Source: an uncultured bacterium (GTDB taxonomy: Bacteria > Patescibacteriota > Minisyncoccia > Phycocordibacterales > UBA6065). Taken from it: a stretch of 64,000 nucleotides of DNA. The stretch is taken from NCBI GenBank assembly GCA_963841935.1, contig CAWJEP010000001.1:10487-74486 (forward strand), written 5' to 3'. Under the pieces are notes generated by a model. That model was not told the DNA's origin, searched no databases, and saw only the letters and a program-made list of their open reading frames with translations. A program made the position numbers and the translations under genes. Every line of letters starts with the position of its first letter. Positions within the stretch are counted from its first letter, which is position 1. This document shows positions 45,738 to 55,060 of this stretch, piece after piece.

Positions 45738-46054
45738 TCACTCGCTCTCCCCTTTTGAGAGCCGCACGACTTCGTCGAAATCGTCTTCGGCGGATAATTT
45801 ATTTTTTTTCTCGAATCCGCATTTCACGCACTGCTGAATTATGGAAAAATCCCCTTTCGTTTTGATTACCGAGATCGGTTTCATCATTCCTCCGCACTTT
45901 TCCGCCCGATCACCAGGATTTTTGTCGACATGTTTCGACCAGAGGCAATGCGGACAATGATTTGTGTAACCATTACCGACGACTTCCCTTCCGCAATTCT
46001 CGCAGACGAAATTTTCGACCGTTTTTTGGAATTTTTTCGTGTCCTTTAGCATTT
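45738..46054 (-). CDS. RNHCP-domain zinc-ribbon protein
   Basis: CENCGREVVGNGYTNHCPHC...CVKCG. The start is trimmed to MLKDT because the longer ORF overlaps tRNA-Pro. Confidence 0.55.
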
Positions 46055-46055
46055 T

Positions 46056-46126
46056 TCGGGGCGCCGGGAATCGAACCCGGGCCGCATGATCCCAAATCAT
46101 GAATACTACCTCTATACTACGCCCCG
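46056..46126 (-). tRNA. tRNA-Pro (anticodon UGG)
   Basis: The minus-strand sequence is CGGGGCGTAGTATAGAGGTAGTATTCATGATTTGGGATCATGCGGCCCGGGTTCGATTCCCGGCGCCCCGA. The anticodon stem is CATGA/TCATG and the loop is TTTGGGA. Confidence 0.85.
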
Positions 46127-46177
46127 TGAAACATCATACTAGCACACTCGCCCCGCCGAAGCTTCCGCGGCGGCGGG

Positions 46178-46585
46178 CTACTCGGTAATATTTACTTTTT
46201 CTATCATTCTTACTCGGGCTTTTCTCGTATTTTGGTCTAGTTCAATGGCCAAAATGTTCCAAAAGAAATCCATATCCCGAAAATCAGGCCTTTGGGCGAA
46301 ATATATTTGCGTTACGCGCGAAAGCTTTTTCATTTTGGAGTAAGTCATATTTTCCTCCGGTCTAAAGGTTTCATGTGAAACCTGAATATCCGTTGTTTCA
46401 CGTGAAACACTTTTTACCTCAAAAAAGTGAATTTCATTGCCTTTTCTGGCGACAATATCGATTTCTCCGGCTTTTCTAGTGAAATTCCTTTCGATTACCG
46501 TGAAACCCTTATTTATCAAGTATTTACAGGCAATTTCCTCGCCGATTTCACCTATTTTCTGTGTTTCAGAGGTAAATACTTTCAT
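46178..46585 (-). CDS. YraN/UPF0102 family endonuclease
   Basis: IGEIGEEIACKYL..KGF.VIERNF..K.GEIDIVA.....HFFEVK. The start is at MKVF. The upstream TTG-initiated extension overlaps the palindrome cluster. Confidence 0.65.
   Translation of the reverse strand: MKVFTSETQKIGEIGEEIACKYLINKGFTVIERNFTRKAGEIDIVARKGNEIHFFEVKSVSRETTDIQVSHETFRPEENMTYSKMKKLSRVTQIYFAQRPDFRDMDFFWNILAIELDQNTRKARVRMIEKVNITE
46367..46411. promoter_or_regulatory. pair of GTTTCA-N2-TGAAAC palindromes inside yraN
   Basis: GGTTTCATGTGAAACC (46367-46382) and TGTTTCACGTGAAACA (46395-46410). Confidence 0.4.
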
Positions 46586-46591
46586 TTTGTA

Positions 46592-46622
46592 TGTTTCACG
46601 TGAAAAGTGTTTCAATTGAAAC
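46592..46622. promoter_or_regulatory. pair of GTTTCA-N2-TGAAAC palindromes immediately upstream of the yraN start
   Basis: TGTTTCACGTGAAAAG followed by the perfect GTTTCAATTGAAAC. Confidence 0.4.
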
Positions 46623-46756
46623 TATTTCTCTATATTTCTCCGTAATTATAGGACAAATGTCCTTGATAATGTGATGTCTTTTACACCTAATCCACAATGT
46701 TATCCACAGAAATATAAACAGACGGTGATTCGGAAAATCCGCCGATTTTCAGAGGG

Positions 46757-46827
46757 TGCGGGTAGGGAGAATCGAACTCCCACCTCATCCTTGGCAAGGA
46801 CGTGTCCTACCACTAAACGATACCCGC
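46757..46827 (-). tRNA. tRNA-Gly (anticodon GCC)
   Basis: The minus-strand sequence is GCGGGTATCGTTTAGTGGTAGGACACGTCCTTGCCAAGGATGAGGTGGGAGTTCGATTCTCCCTACCCGCA. Confidence 0.85.
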
Positions 46828-46875
46828 GTGAAAGCAATTCTAAACGAAATAACCAAAAACTCCAAATCCTATTTG

Positions 46876-46947
46876 TGCGCCCGGAGGGACTTGAACCCCC
46901 AATATCGGTTCCGAAGACCGGTGTGATATCCATTTCACTACGGGCGC
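46876..46947 (-). tRNA. tRNA-Arg (anticodon UCG as read; one C-A mismatch in the anticodon stem)
   Basis: The minus-strand sequence is GCGCCCGTAGTGAAATGGATATCACACCGGTCTTCGGAACCGATATTGGGGGTTCAAGTCCCTCCGGGCGCA. Confidence 0.75.
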
Positions 46948-47003
46948 GCAAGCTCATCATAATCCAAGCAAGCCGTTTCTCCAATGTTTCGCAGTGTCGA
47001 TAA

Positions 47004-48512
47004 ATGAATTATGATAAGCCAATGAGACTTTTTTTTCCGATACCGGACGAAGTGGCAAAGGCGACCAAACGATTGAAAGACGCCGGTTTTGAAGCATACC
47101 TCGTCGGCGGCTGCGTGCGCGACTTGTTTCTCGGACGAAAGCCGGCGGATTGGGACATCACGACCAACGCCACGCCGGAAGAAATAATGTCCTGTTTTCA
47201 AAATACTTTTTACACGAACGATTTCGGCACGGTCGGCGTCGTGTCCGAGACGGACGACGAATCTCTAAAGGTCATTCAAATTACTCCTTATAGGACGGAA
47301 AGCAGATACAGCGACAACCGCCGACCGGACAGCGTAAAGTGGAGCAAAAAATTGGACGATGATTTGGCGCGCAGAGATTTTACGGTCAATGCTTTGGCGC
47401 TTTCGCTTGTGGAAGAAAAAGGCAATGAGTGGGCGACGGAGATAGTGGACCTTTTCGGCGGACTGAAAGATTTGAAACAAGGGATTATCAGGGCGGTGGG
47501 GAATCCGGACGAAAGATTTTCCGAAGATGCTTTGCGAATACTTCGCGCCGTGCGTCTCTCGGCGGAACTTGAGTTCTCGATTGAAAACGAGACTTTTATG
47601 GCTCTGTATAAGCACAGAAATCTGCTCAAAAATATTTCCGCCGAGCGCGTGCGCGACGAATTCGTAAAAATAATTATGTCTCCGCATCCTTTGCCGGCTT
47701 TTGAAACGCTAAAAGTCAGCGGTATTTTGGAAATTATTTTGCCGGAACTACTCGAAGGCGCAGGAATGGAGCAAAATGCCGCCCACAGCTTTGATGTTTT
47801 CGAACATATCATGCGCACGCTCGAACATGCGGCAAAGAAAAACTTTTCTCTCGAAATACGACTCGCAGCGCTTTTCCACGACATAGGAAAACCGCGCACG
47901 AGACGTTGGGGAGAGAAGACGAAGCAGTGGACTTTTTACGGACACGATGTGGTCGGTGCGAGAATGACTAAAGTGATAATGGAAAGAATGAAATTCCCAA
48001 CGAAAATGGTGGATACCGTGACGAAACTTGTCCGCTGGCATATGTTTTTCTCCGACACGGAGGAAATCACGCTCTCAGCGGTGCGCAGAATGGTGGCAAA
48101 TGTCGGCAAAGAGCACATCTGGGAACTTATGGATGTCCGCATCGCCGACAGGATAGGTACGGGCAGGCCGAAAGAAAGCCCTTATCGTTTGCGCAAGTAC
48201 CGTTCGATGATTGACGAAGCGATGAGAGACCCGATTTCGGTATCAATGCTCAAAATAGATGGAAAGAAAATCATGGAAGTGGGGAAGATAACGCCTGGAC
48301 CGTCGATTGGATTCGTTCTGGCGGCGCTTTTGGAGGAAGTGCTAGACGACCCGAAGAAAAACACGGCGGAATATCTCGAAAAAAGAGCCGTGAAACTTTT
48401 GGAACTGCCGGAAATGGAATTGAAGAAATTGGGAATGATAGCCAAAGAGAAAAAAGAAAACATCGAGGAAGTGGAGATCGCGAAAATAAGAGGCAAGCAC
48501 GGGGTGAAATAG
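47004..48512 (+). CDS. cca: CCA-adding tRNA nucleotidyltransferase with C-terminal HD domain
   Basis: The product has the Pol-beta NTase head (YLVGGCVRDLFLGRKPADWDITT) and an HD motif (LFHDIGKP). This fits the tRNAs lacking encoded CCA. Confidence 0.9.
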   Translation: MNYDKPMRLFFPIPDEVAKATKRLKDAGFEAYLVGGCVRDLFLGRKPADWDITTNATPEEIMSCFQNTFYTNDFGTVGVVSETDDESLKVIQITPYRTESRYSDNRRPDSVKWSKKLDDDLARRDFTVNALALSLVEEKGNEWATEIVDLFGGLKDLKQGIIRAVGNPDERFSEDALRILRAVRLSAELEFSIENETFMALYKHRNLLKNISAERVRDEFVKIIMSPHPLPAFETLKVSGILEIILPELLEGAGMEQNAAHSFDVFEHIMRTLEHAAKKNFSLEIRLAALFHDIGKPRTRRWGEKTKQWTFYGHDVVGARMTKVIMERMKFPTKMVDTVTKLVRWHMFFSDTEEITLSAVRRMVANVGKEHIWELMDVRIADRIGTGRPKESPYRLRKYRSMIDEAMRDPISVSMLKIDGKKIMEVGKITPGPSIGFVLAALLEEVLDDPKKNTAEYLEKRAVKLLELPEMELKKLGMIAKEKKENIEEVEIAKIRGKHGVK

Positions 48513-48521
48513 GGAATTAGA

Positions 48522-48556
48522 AAACCGCTCAGCGGTTCGCGAGCGGTTTCTTCGTG
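48522..48556 (+). terminator. hairpin terminator after cca
   Basis: aaaccgctc agcggttcgc gagcggttt is followed by cttcgtg. Confidence 0.45.
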
Positions 48557-48804
48557 AGAAAACCCAGAGTGAGGCCGCGCCAAGCCTCCGAAGAGGTGGC
48601 CGCGATAAAAAAATTATGTGCCGCTTTGCAAGAGGCCGACTTGGCCTCTCTTCGAGGTTTTTCACGGTAAAAATGGGAGCTGAAACGAACAAATCGTGCC
48701 CTTGATTTCTAGAGGAAATCAATAAGACACCCGATAGAATCCTATGTCCTTTATAATCATTTGTAAAGGACATAATGTGGATAACCTGTTAAATGCTTGT
48801 AAAA

Positions 48805-49605
48805 TCAGGATATTTGGAGAAAAATAGGACAGTGGTCGGAACCGAAAACTCCGTCTAAAATCTTGGCGGATTTCACTTTCGAAACTAAATCGGAAGAAAC
48901 GAAAAAATAATCTATGCGCCAGCCGACATTTCTTTCGCGCGCGAAAGTTTTCATATCCCAGTACGTGTAAGCTTCTTTTTTATTCGGATTGAGTTGCCGA
49001 AATATGTCAACATAGCCTTTGGCGATAACTTTATCTATCCACGCGCGTTCGATGGGAAGAAATCCGGTGTTCTCTGCATTTTCTTTCGGCCGAGCCAGGT
49101 CGATCTCGGTGTGCGCGGTGTTTACATCTCCGCAAAAAATAATTCCATAGCCTTTTTTGCGAAGTTTTTCTATGTATTTCAAAAATTGATCGTAATATTC
49201 TAATTTGTATTTCAACCTGTCCGGTCCACCGCCTCCATTTGGAAAGTATGTGTTTATAAAAGCCAGTTTTTTGCCTGCCTCGCCGGCAGGCAGGCCTTTT
49301 TCTTCAAAAAGAAGGGTGATCTGTCTGCCTTCTTGGTCTAGTTTATGAACTCCAAAGCCGTATTCAACCTTCACCGGCTCTTTCTTGGTCCAAATGGCCA
49401 CACCACTGTAGCCTTTGCGCAGTTTCGAGTGGTCAAAATACGAAAAATATCCCGGCGGCCTTAAAACATTCTCTGGAAGCTGGTCGGGATGAGCTTTTGT
49501 CTCTTGGACGCAAAAAATATCGGCATTTTCCGATACAAGCCAGTCAAAACCGCCTTTGGTGATATTGGCTCTCAAGCCGTTGACGTTCCAAGAGATTATT
49601 TTCAC
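48805..49605 (-). CDS. xth: exodeoxyribonuclease III (AP endonuclease)
   Basis: The motifs are MKIISWNVNGLRA, CVQETK and SDHCPI. Confidence 0.9.
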   Translation of the reverse strand: MKIISWNVNGLRANITKGGFDWLVSENADIFCVQETKAHPDQLPENVLRPPGYFSYFDHSKLRKGYSGVAIWTKKEPVKVEYGFGVHKLDQEGRQITLLFEEKGLPAGEAGKKLAFINTYFPNGGGGPDRLKYKLEYYDQFLKYIEKLRKKGYGIIFCGDVNTAHTEIDLARPKENAENTGFLPIERAWIDKVIAKGYVDIFRQLNPNKKEAYTYWDMKTFARERNVGWRIDYFFVSSDLVSKVKSAKILDGVFGSDHCPIFLQIS

Positions 49606-49982
49606 GGATATATTGTAGCCCGCCTCGCGTCGACGAGCGAGTGCGAGTCGAGGCGGGCAAATGGAAACGCCCGCAACCGTATGCGGGACGTTTACAGGCG
49701 ATGAGTTCGAAAAGAAAGAAAATCCCCCTCACGAAGCATTATGAGCCGCGCGCGTATCTTGCCTATGGAAATATCGCAGTGGGCGGTTGCCTCGCCGGTC
49801 AGGCGATACTCTATCGGATGCCTACGCGTCACGTCGCATCCCCATTTGCGATACCGGTTCTCAATGTTAGAAAAGGATTCTTCCGTATTCGTGCCCTCGC
49901 TTATACGAGTAGTCATTTTTTAGGTTCTCCTTCCGAAACCCATACTACGCTGGCTCGTGGGGGAGTCAAGCCGAGACGGGTT

Positions 49983-50903
49983 TTATGATTTTTTGTTGTG
50001 AAATTTTTTGTGGACGTCGCGCAGATGTTTGTCGGTGACATGGGTATAAATCTGCGTCGTCGTAATGCTCGAATGGCCAAGGAGGGTCTGGACGCTTCTA
50101 ATATCGGCGCCGTTACTGAGCAAATCCGTGGCGAAAGAATGGCGGATAACATGGGGCGTGACTTTTTTGGAAACGATACCGGCTTTGGTCGCGTAATATT
50201 TCACGATGCGCTCGACACTGCGACGGGAAAGAGGCATCGATTCGCCTTTGAATTTTTTCTCCGTCGCGATTTTCACGAACAAAGCGTCATCGACATCGTC
50301 TCGTTTCGCCAAATAAGCTTTAACGGCCTTTTTCGCGTCGTCGGAAAGGAAGACCACGCGGACTTTTTCACCCTTTCCTCTAATAGAAAACTCGTCTCGG
50401 GTAAAATCGATGTCTCTGGTGAGGGAACAGAGCTCGGCAACGCGCAGTCCGGTGGAAAAAAATAGCTCGAGGATGGCTTTGTCGCGGAGAGACTTCATAT
50501 CGGAGCCGTTCGGAGCGTCGAGAAGCCGACGAAGCTCTTCTGACGTGATGAAATCGATCTGCCTGTCGGAAACTTTAGCAAGCTCAATGCGGTCGGAAGG
50601 AAGGGAGGTGATGTTTTGTCTGGCCAAATATTTCAGAAACGAGCGCAGGGCTATCAAATAATAATTTTGGGTTTTCTTTTTGAGTGTCTCGCCGGTGGCT
50701 CGCAGGTTGCCGGCTTTCTGACGGTTGAGAAAGAGGCGAAAATCACGGACGGCCTCATCCGTGATTTTCGCCGGATCCTCGCTCTTCAAAAATCCGAAAA
50801 ACCGCGTGAGATATCGGTCGTAATTTTCGATGGTCTTGAGCGACCGACCTTTTTCTATTTCGGTATATTCCAGAAATCGTCTTTTAAGTTCGGATAGTTT
50901 CAT
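49983..50903 (-). CDS. xerC: tyrosine recombinase XerC/XerD-like
   Basis: The C-terminus reads [39 protein letters not shown], giving the R..H..R..Y catalytic tetrad. The start is trimmed to [10 protein letters not shown]. The upstream ORF extension overlaps rpsO and is not credible. Confidence 0.8.
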   Translation of the reverse strand: MKLSELKRRFLEYTEIEKGRSLKTIENYDRYLTRFFGFLKSEDPAKITDEAVRDFRLFLNRQKAGNLRATGETLKKKTQNYYLIALRSFLKYLARQNITSLPSDRIELAKVSDRQIDFITSEELRRLLDAPNGSDMKSLRDKAILELFFSTGLRVAELCSLTRDIDFTRDEFSIRGKGEKVRVVFLSDDAKKAVKAYLAKRDDVDDALFVKIATEKKFKGESMPLSRRSVERIVKYYATKAGIVSKKVTPHVIRHSFATDLLSNGADIRSVQTLLGHSSITTTQIYTHVTDKHLRDVHKKFHNKKS

Positions 50904-50957
50904 GTCGCACAATATTATATCATACTTGCGTTTTTTAGTTATGTATGCTACGCTCAT

Positions 50958-51230
50958 TTGGCAATGATTTCGAAAACAAAGAAAACCAAGGTCATAAAGG
51001 AAGCCGCTCGCCACACGGGCGATACTGGCTCGCCTGAAGTCCAAATCGCCATTTTGACCCGTAGAATCGAGGAACTTGCCTCGCATTTGAAGGACCATAA
51101 AAAAGACATTCACTCGCGACGCGGACTGCTTTCCATGGTGGCCAACCGCCAGAAACATTTGAAATATTTGGCGAAAAAGTATCCCAAGCATTACAGCGAG
51201 ATAGTGAAGAAACTCGAGCTTAAAAAGTAG
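50958..51230 (+). CDS. rpsO: 30S ribosomal protein S15
   Basis: ...[51 protein letters not shown].... Confidence 0.9.
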   Translation: MAMISKTKKTKVIKEAARHTGDTGSPEVQIAILTRRIEELASHLKDHKKDIHSRRGLLSMVANRQKHLKYLAKKYPKHYSEIVKKLELKK

Positions 51231-51308
51231 TTTTGTTTTATACTTTGTCGGTGTCCGTCTTTTGTTCTTTTCGGAATCATTTTTAATAATTTTATTTAGT
51301 TTATTTTT

Positions 51309-51830
51309 ATGTCAGCAATCAAACACTCTTCCCAGCGCGTCGGGATTTTTATCGACGCGCAAAATCTATACCATTCTGCGAAAAATCTATACCACTCGCG
51401 CGTTAATTTCGGCGCGGTAGTCAAAGACGCTCTCGGTGAGCGCTCGCTCATTCGCGCTATCGCTTATGTTATCTCGACGGAATCCGGCGACGAACAGAAT
51501 TTCTTCGAGGCTTTGACCAAAGTCGGCATCGAAACCAAAACCAAAGACCTGCAAATATTTTCCAGCGGTGCCAAAAAGGCCGACTGGGACGTAGGACTCG
51601 CCATGGACGCGGTAAAAATGGCGCCGAAACTAGACGCGGTAATTTTGGTCACGGGCGACGGCGATTTCGTGCCTCTCGTAGAATATTTACAGAACACTCA
51701 CGGTTGCCAAGTGGAAGCCGTAACTTTCGGCAAATCAGGTTCGGCCAAACTCAAAGAAGCCGTGAACGATTTTCTCGACCTCGACGAAAATCCCAGAAAA
51801 TATCTCATATCATCCGGCCGAAGAAAATAA
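51309..51830 (+). CDS. NYN-domain (LabA-like) protein
   Basis: VGIFIDAQNLYHS and AVILVTGDGDFVPLV motifs. It contains a 21-bp tandem duplication (QNLYHSA/KNLYHS). Confidence 0.7.
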   Translation: MSAIKHSSQRVGIFIDAQNLYHSAKNLYHSRVNFGAVVKDALGERSLIRAIAYVISTESGDEQNFFEALTKVGIETKTKDLQIFSSGAKKADWDVGLAMDAVKMAPKLDAVILVTGDGDFVPLVEYLQNTHGCQVEAVTFGKSGSAKLKEAVNDFLDLDENPRKYLISSGRRK

Positions 51831-51871
51831 AATAGTGCAAGCTTTGACCTTTTGGTTTTTCGCCTTACACT

Positions 51872-53026
51872 TTGAATATGGACGAAAACGACAATAACAA
51901 CGAAAACAATACTTCGCAGGAACAATTCACGGCGGCGGAAGCAAATGAAATGATGGCCGAGGGCGTGGAGATTATGGGTCAAGGTGAAACGCCTTCATAT
52001 AGACCAGAACCAATAAAAACTCCCGCGCCCGCGGTCCCGCAGACGCCAGCAACACAACCTGTAATAACACCTGAACCAAAGGTTGTCCCACCGCCAGCGC
52101 CAGAGCCGATAATCACAGAAAATCTCGCTCCGAAGAATTACGCGAGTTTCACGCCGCCGAAAAAGACTGCTCCGGAAACTATGCAAAACGACGTAAGGTC
52201 TATCCGCACCTACAGAAGCGATGCCGAGGAAGCCGTGCAAAAAGGTCACACATCGGTCATTGATATAGCCGTGGCGGAAAACAAAAGAAGGCAGCAAACA
52301 CCTGCGGCTTATGAAAAAAAGAAATCAAAAGCTTTTTTCTTGCCGTCGATAATTCTTATATTAATCGCTCTCGTCGTGGCCGGAGGAACGTACTATTTCT
52401 GGATGGTGGGTTCGCAAACCATTTCCGAGGCCGGACAAAGTGCCACAACCTCGTTTATTCAATCCACGAACACGGAGATTTTTCCCATAGACCCGAAAAA
52501 TCCGATTGTTTCCCTAAACGCGGAAATAAACAACAACAATTCCGTGCCCATAGGTTCCATAATCAACCTCGTACCGACAGGGGCGAACGGCACGGCCATC
52601 GCCACATCGACGGATTTCTTCTCGTCCATAGGCATAACGGTGCCGACACAGATCGCATTGTCGCTTGACGGCACATACATGCTGGGTAGTTCCATTTCCG
52701 TCCCGAACCATCCTTTCATCATCTTGGGCGTGTCTTCTTTTGAGAACGCTTTCGCCGGAATGCTCTCGTGGGAAAAGACTATGCGTCAGGATTTTGGCGG
52801 GTTCATAGAAATCGAACACCAAAGCGAGCCACTCGTGGCGCTTTCGCCGGAAACATTTAGCGACACGACCATAGAAAACCAAGGCATCAGGGAAATTCTT
52901 GATGCTTCGAGTAGTCCTCTGTTGCTTTACGCTTTCGTGGGCACCACAAAACTTGTCATAACCACGGATGAAGCGACCATGGCCATGATAATCACAGACC
53001 TAAATACGACAAACACCACGAGATAA
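51872..53026 (+). CDS. single-TM membrane protein with acidic/Pro-rich N-terminus and a G-x-YYFW motif (hypothetical)
   Basis: ILILIALVVAGGTYYFWMV. Confidence 0.45.
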   Translation: MNMDENDNNNENNTSQEQFTAAEANEMMAEGVEIMGQGETPSYRPEPIKTPAPAVPQTPATQPVITPEPKVVPPPAPEPIITENLAPKNYASFTPPKKTAPETMQNDVRSIRTYRSDAEEAVQKGHTSVIDIAVAENKRRQQTPAAYEKKKSKAFFLPSIILILIALVVAGGTYYFWMVGSQTISEAGQSATTSFIQSTNTEIFPIDPKNPIVSLNAEINNNNSVPIGSIINLVPTGANGTAIATSTDFFSSIGITVPTQIALSLDGTYMLGSSISVPNHPFIILGVSSFENAFAGMLSWEKTMRQDFGGFIEIEHQSEPLVALSPETFSDTTIENQGIREILDASSSPLLLYAFVGTTKLVITTDEATMAMIITDLNTTNTTR

Positions 53027-53040
53027 TATATAATCCTTTC

Positions 53041-53457
53041 ATGCTGAGGAAATTCAAAAACTTATTTTCAAAAAAACAGAAGCGCGAAGACATAAATGTC
53101 GGTCGCTTCAAAAAAATTCTAAAAAAGGAGTTGAGGCGGCTTGAGACGGAACTGAAAACGGTGGGTCACAAAGAAAACGCGGCCGGTGAATGGGAATCCA
53201 GAGCGACCGACGTGGATGTATTGGCGAGTGACGACGCGGACAAGGCCGACAACATAGAAAATTACGAATCAAACGACGCTGTGCTCAAACAACTTCAAAT
53301 CGAGTACAATGAAATTCTTCACGCCCTGGAAAACATAAAAAGGGGAGTTTACGGCATATGCGAAGTTTCCGGCGAGCCGATAGAAGTCGGCCGCCTCGAA
53401 GCCAACCCGGCGGCCCGGACCTGCATAGCCCATAAAAACATGAAAATCCAGCAATAG
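53041..53457 (+). CDS. DksA/TraR-family protein with non-canonical zinc finger
   Basis: The C-terminus reads YGICEVSGEPIEVGRLEANPAARTCIAH, giving CxxS...CxxH instead of C4. Confidence 0.5.
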   Translation: MLRKFKNLFSKKQKREDINVGRFKKILKKELRRLETELKTVGHKENAAGEWESRATDVDVLASDDADKADNIENYESNDAVLKQLQIEYNEILHALENIKRGVYGICEVSGEPIEVGRLEANPAARTCIAHKNMKIQQ

Positions 53458-53497
53458 AGGAAATAGAATTTAGGTTTCGGCGGAAAAATAAATTCAA

Positions 53498-55060
53498 ATG
53501 TCATTTTCAAAAGTTCACAGCGCCCAAAATTTAATCCTTGAACCCCATATCATAGATATCGAGACCGACATTTCGCGCGGTCTTTTTTCTTTTTCCATCG
53601 TCGGTCTAGGCGATAAAGCCGTAGACGAGGCGCGTGACCGAGTGGTGGCGGCGATAAAAAATTCCGGCTTCGCGAGTCCTAAAAGCGACAACCACAAAAT
53701 AGTCGTGTCGCTCGCGCCCGCCGATATGAGAAAAGAGGGCGCGAGCTTTGACGTCGGCGTGGCGCTTGGGTATTTACTTTCGAAAGAACTTATTGACTTT
53801 GACCCAAAAGACAAAATGTTCCTCGGGGAACTCGCTCTCGACGGAAGTATTCGGCCCATCGGCGGAGTCTTGCCGCTGGTCGATTTCGCCAAAAAGAAAG
53901 GTTTCAAGGAAATTTTCGTGCCGATTGAAAATGTCGGCGAAGCGGCAATCGTGCCGAACATAAAAATCTTCGGCGTGAAAAATCTGAGGGAACTTGCCGG
54001 ACATCTGGACTCTAAACTTCGCGAAGAAATCGGCGGTGAGGAAATAAAAACAGCGAAACATATTCCATACGCTCCGGCGCTCGAAGATTTTTCGCCTGAC
54101 TTCGACGACATCGAGGGGCAAACAACGGCAAAAAGGGGATTGGAAATCGCCTGCGCCGGCGGACATCACATTGCCTTTTATGGACCGCCGGGAACAGGAA
54201 AAACGATGCTAGCCAAAGCTTGCGTGTCCGTTTTGCCGGCGCTTTCTTTTGAAGACGCGATAGAAGCAACGTCAATTCACTCGATTGCCGGCACACTCCA
54301 CGGCGATTATTTGTCCGCGCCGCCGTTTCGCGCGCCGCATCACACTTCTTCATACGCGGCACTTGTCGGAGGCGGAGGAAGTATTCCTCATCCGGGAGAA
54401 ATGACTCTGGCTCACAAGGGAGTTTTGTTTCTCGACGAGTTTCCGGAGTTCGACAGACGTGTAGTCGAGTCGCTTCGCGAGCCACTCGAAGAAAAATCTT
54501 TGGCAATTTCAAGGGCCAAAGGTTCGGCGCGTTTTCCGGCGGACTTCACGCTCATCGCGGCAATGAATCCGTGCCCCTGCGGCATGAGAAACGTCAAAGG
54601 CAAGCGTTGTATATGCACCGCGTCTCAACTTTCAAAATACGAAAAGAAATTGTCCGGCCCAATAGTCGACCGAATTGATATGTGGATAGAAGTTTTGCCT
54701 GTCCGACACGAAGGACTTTTGAAAAAACGAATCGGACAATTTGAAACCAAAGCCATGAGAGAAAAAATCGTCCAGGCGAGAAGACAGCAAATGTTTCGTT
54801 TCAAAAATCATCCAAGAAAAATCAGCAAAAATAGCGAAATGAACGCGAGGGATGTCAAAGATGTTTTGGAAAAGGGAAGCGAAGCGGAAAAAGCCTTAAT
54901 CCAATCGGCGCAAGTTCACAATTTTTCGCCGAGAACTTTTCATCGCATTGTAAAACTCGCTCGGACAATAGCAGACTTGGAAGGCAAAGAAAAAATCGCT
55001 CCCGAGCATATCTACGAAGCGATTCAATACCGACCTAAAAACACTTTTTTTACTTCCTAA
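53498..55060 (+). CDS. comM: YifB/ComM family Mg-chelatase-like AAA+ ATPase
   Basis: GPPGTGKTMLAKA; the overall length and motifs match ComM. Confidence 0.9.
   Translation: MSFSKVHSAQNLILEPHIIDIETDISRGLFSFSIVGLGDKAVDEARDRVVAAIKNSGFASPKSDNHKIVVSLAPADMRKEGASFDVGVALGYLLSKELIDFDPKDKMFLGELALDGSIRPIGGVLPLVDFAKKKGFKEIFVPIENVGEAAIVPNIKIFGVKNLRELAGHLDSKLREEIGGEEIKTAKHIPYAPALEDFSPDFDDIEGQTTAKRGLEIACAGGHHIAFYGPPGTGKTMLAKACVSVLPALSFEDAIEATSIHSIAGTLHGDYLSAPPFRAPHHTSSYAALVGGGGSIPHPGEMTLAHKGVLFLDEFPEFDRRVVESLREPLEEKSLAISRAKGSARFPADFTLIAAMNPCPCGMRNVKGKRCICTASQLSKYEKKLSGPIVDRIDMWIEVLPVRHEGLLKKRIGQFETKAMREKIVQARRQQMFRFKNHPRKISKNSEMNARDVKDVLEKGSEAEKALIQSAQVHNFSPRTFHRIVKLARTIADLEGKEKIAPEHIYEAIQYRPKNTFFTS

Noticed and set aside
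45738-46100. Longer 120-aa version of the RNHCP ORF
   Set aside because: Its first 15 codons overlap tRNA-Pro, so the start was moved to the internal ATG at 46054.
46671-47003. Overlapping plus and minus ORFs of 110 and 94 aa
   Set aside because: They span tRNA-Gly(GCC) and tRNA-Arg, and are artefacts of the tRNA-dense region.
49606-49982. tmRNA or RNase P RNA in the xerC-xth gap
   Set aside because: Neither a tRNA-like 3' end (TTCGAnTCC) nor the RNase P P4 motifs (GGAAAGUCCGG / ACAGAAnCCGGCUUA) are present.
49983-51191. 402-aa version of the xerC ORF
   Set aside because: The N-terminal 96 aa have no recombinase similarity, overlap rpsO on the other strand and cross its promoter. The start was trimmed to [10 protein letters not shown].
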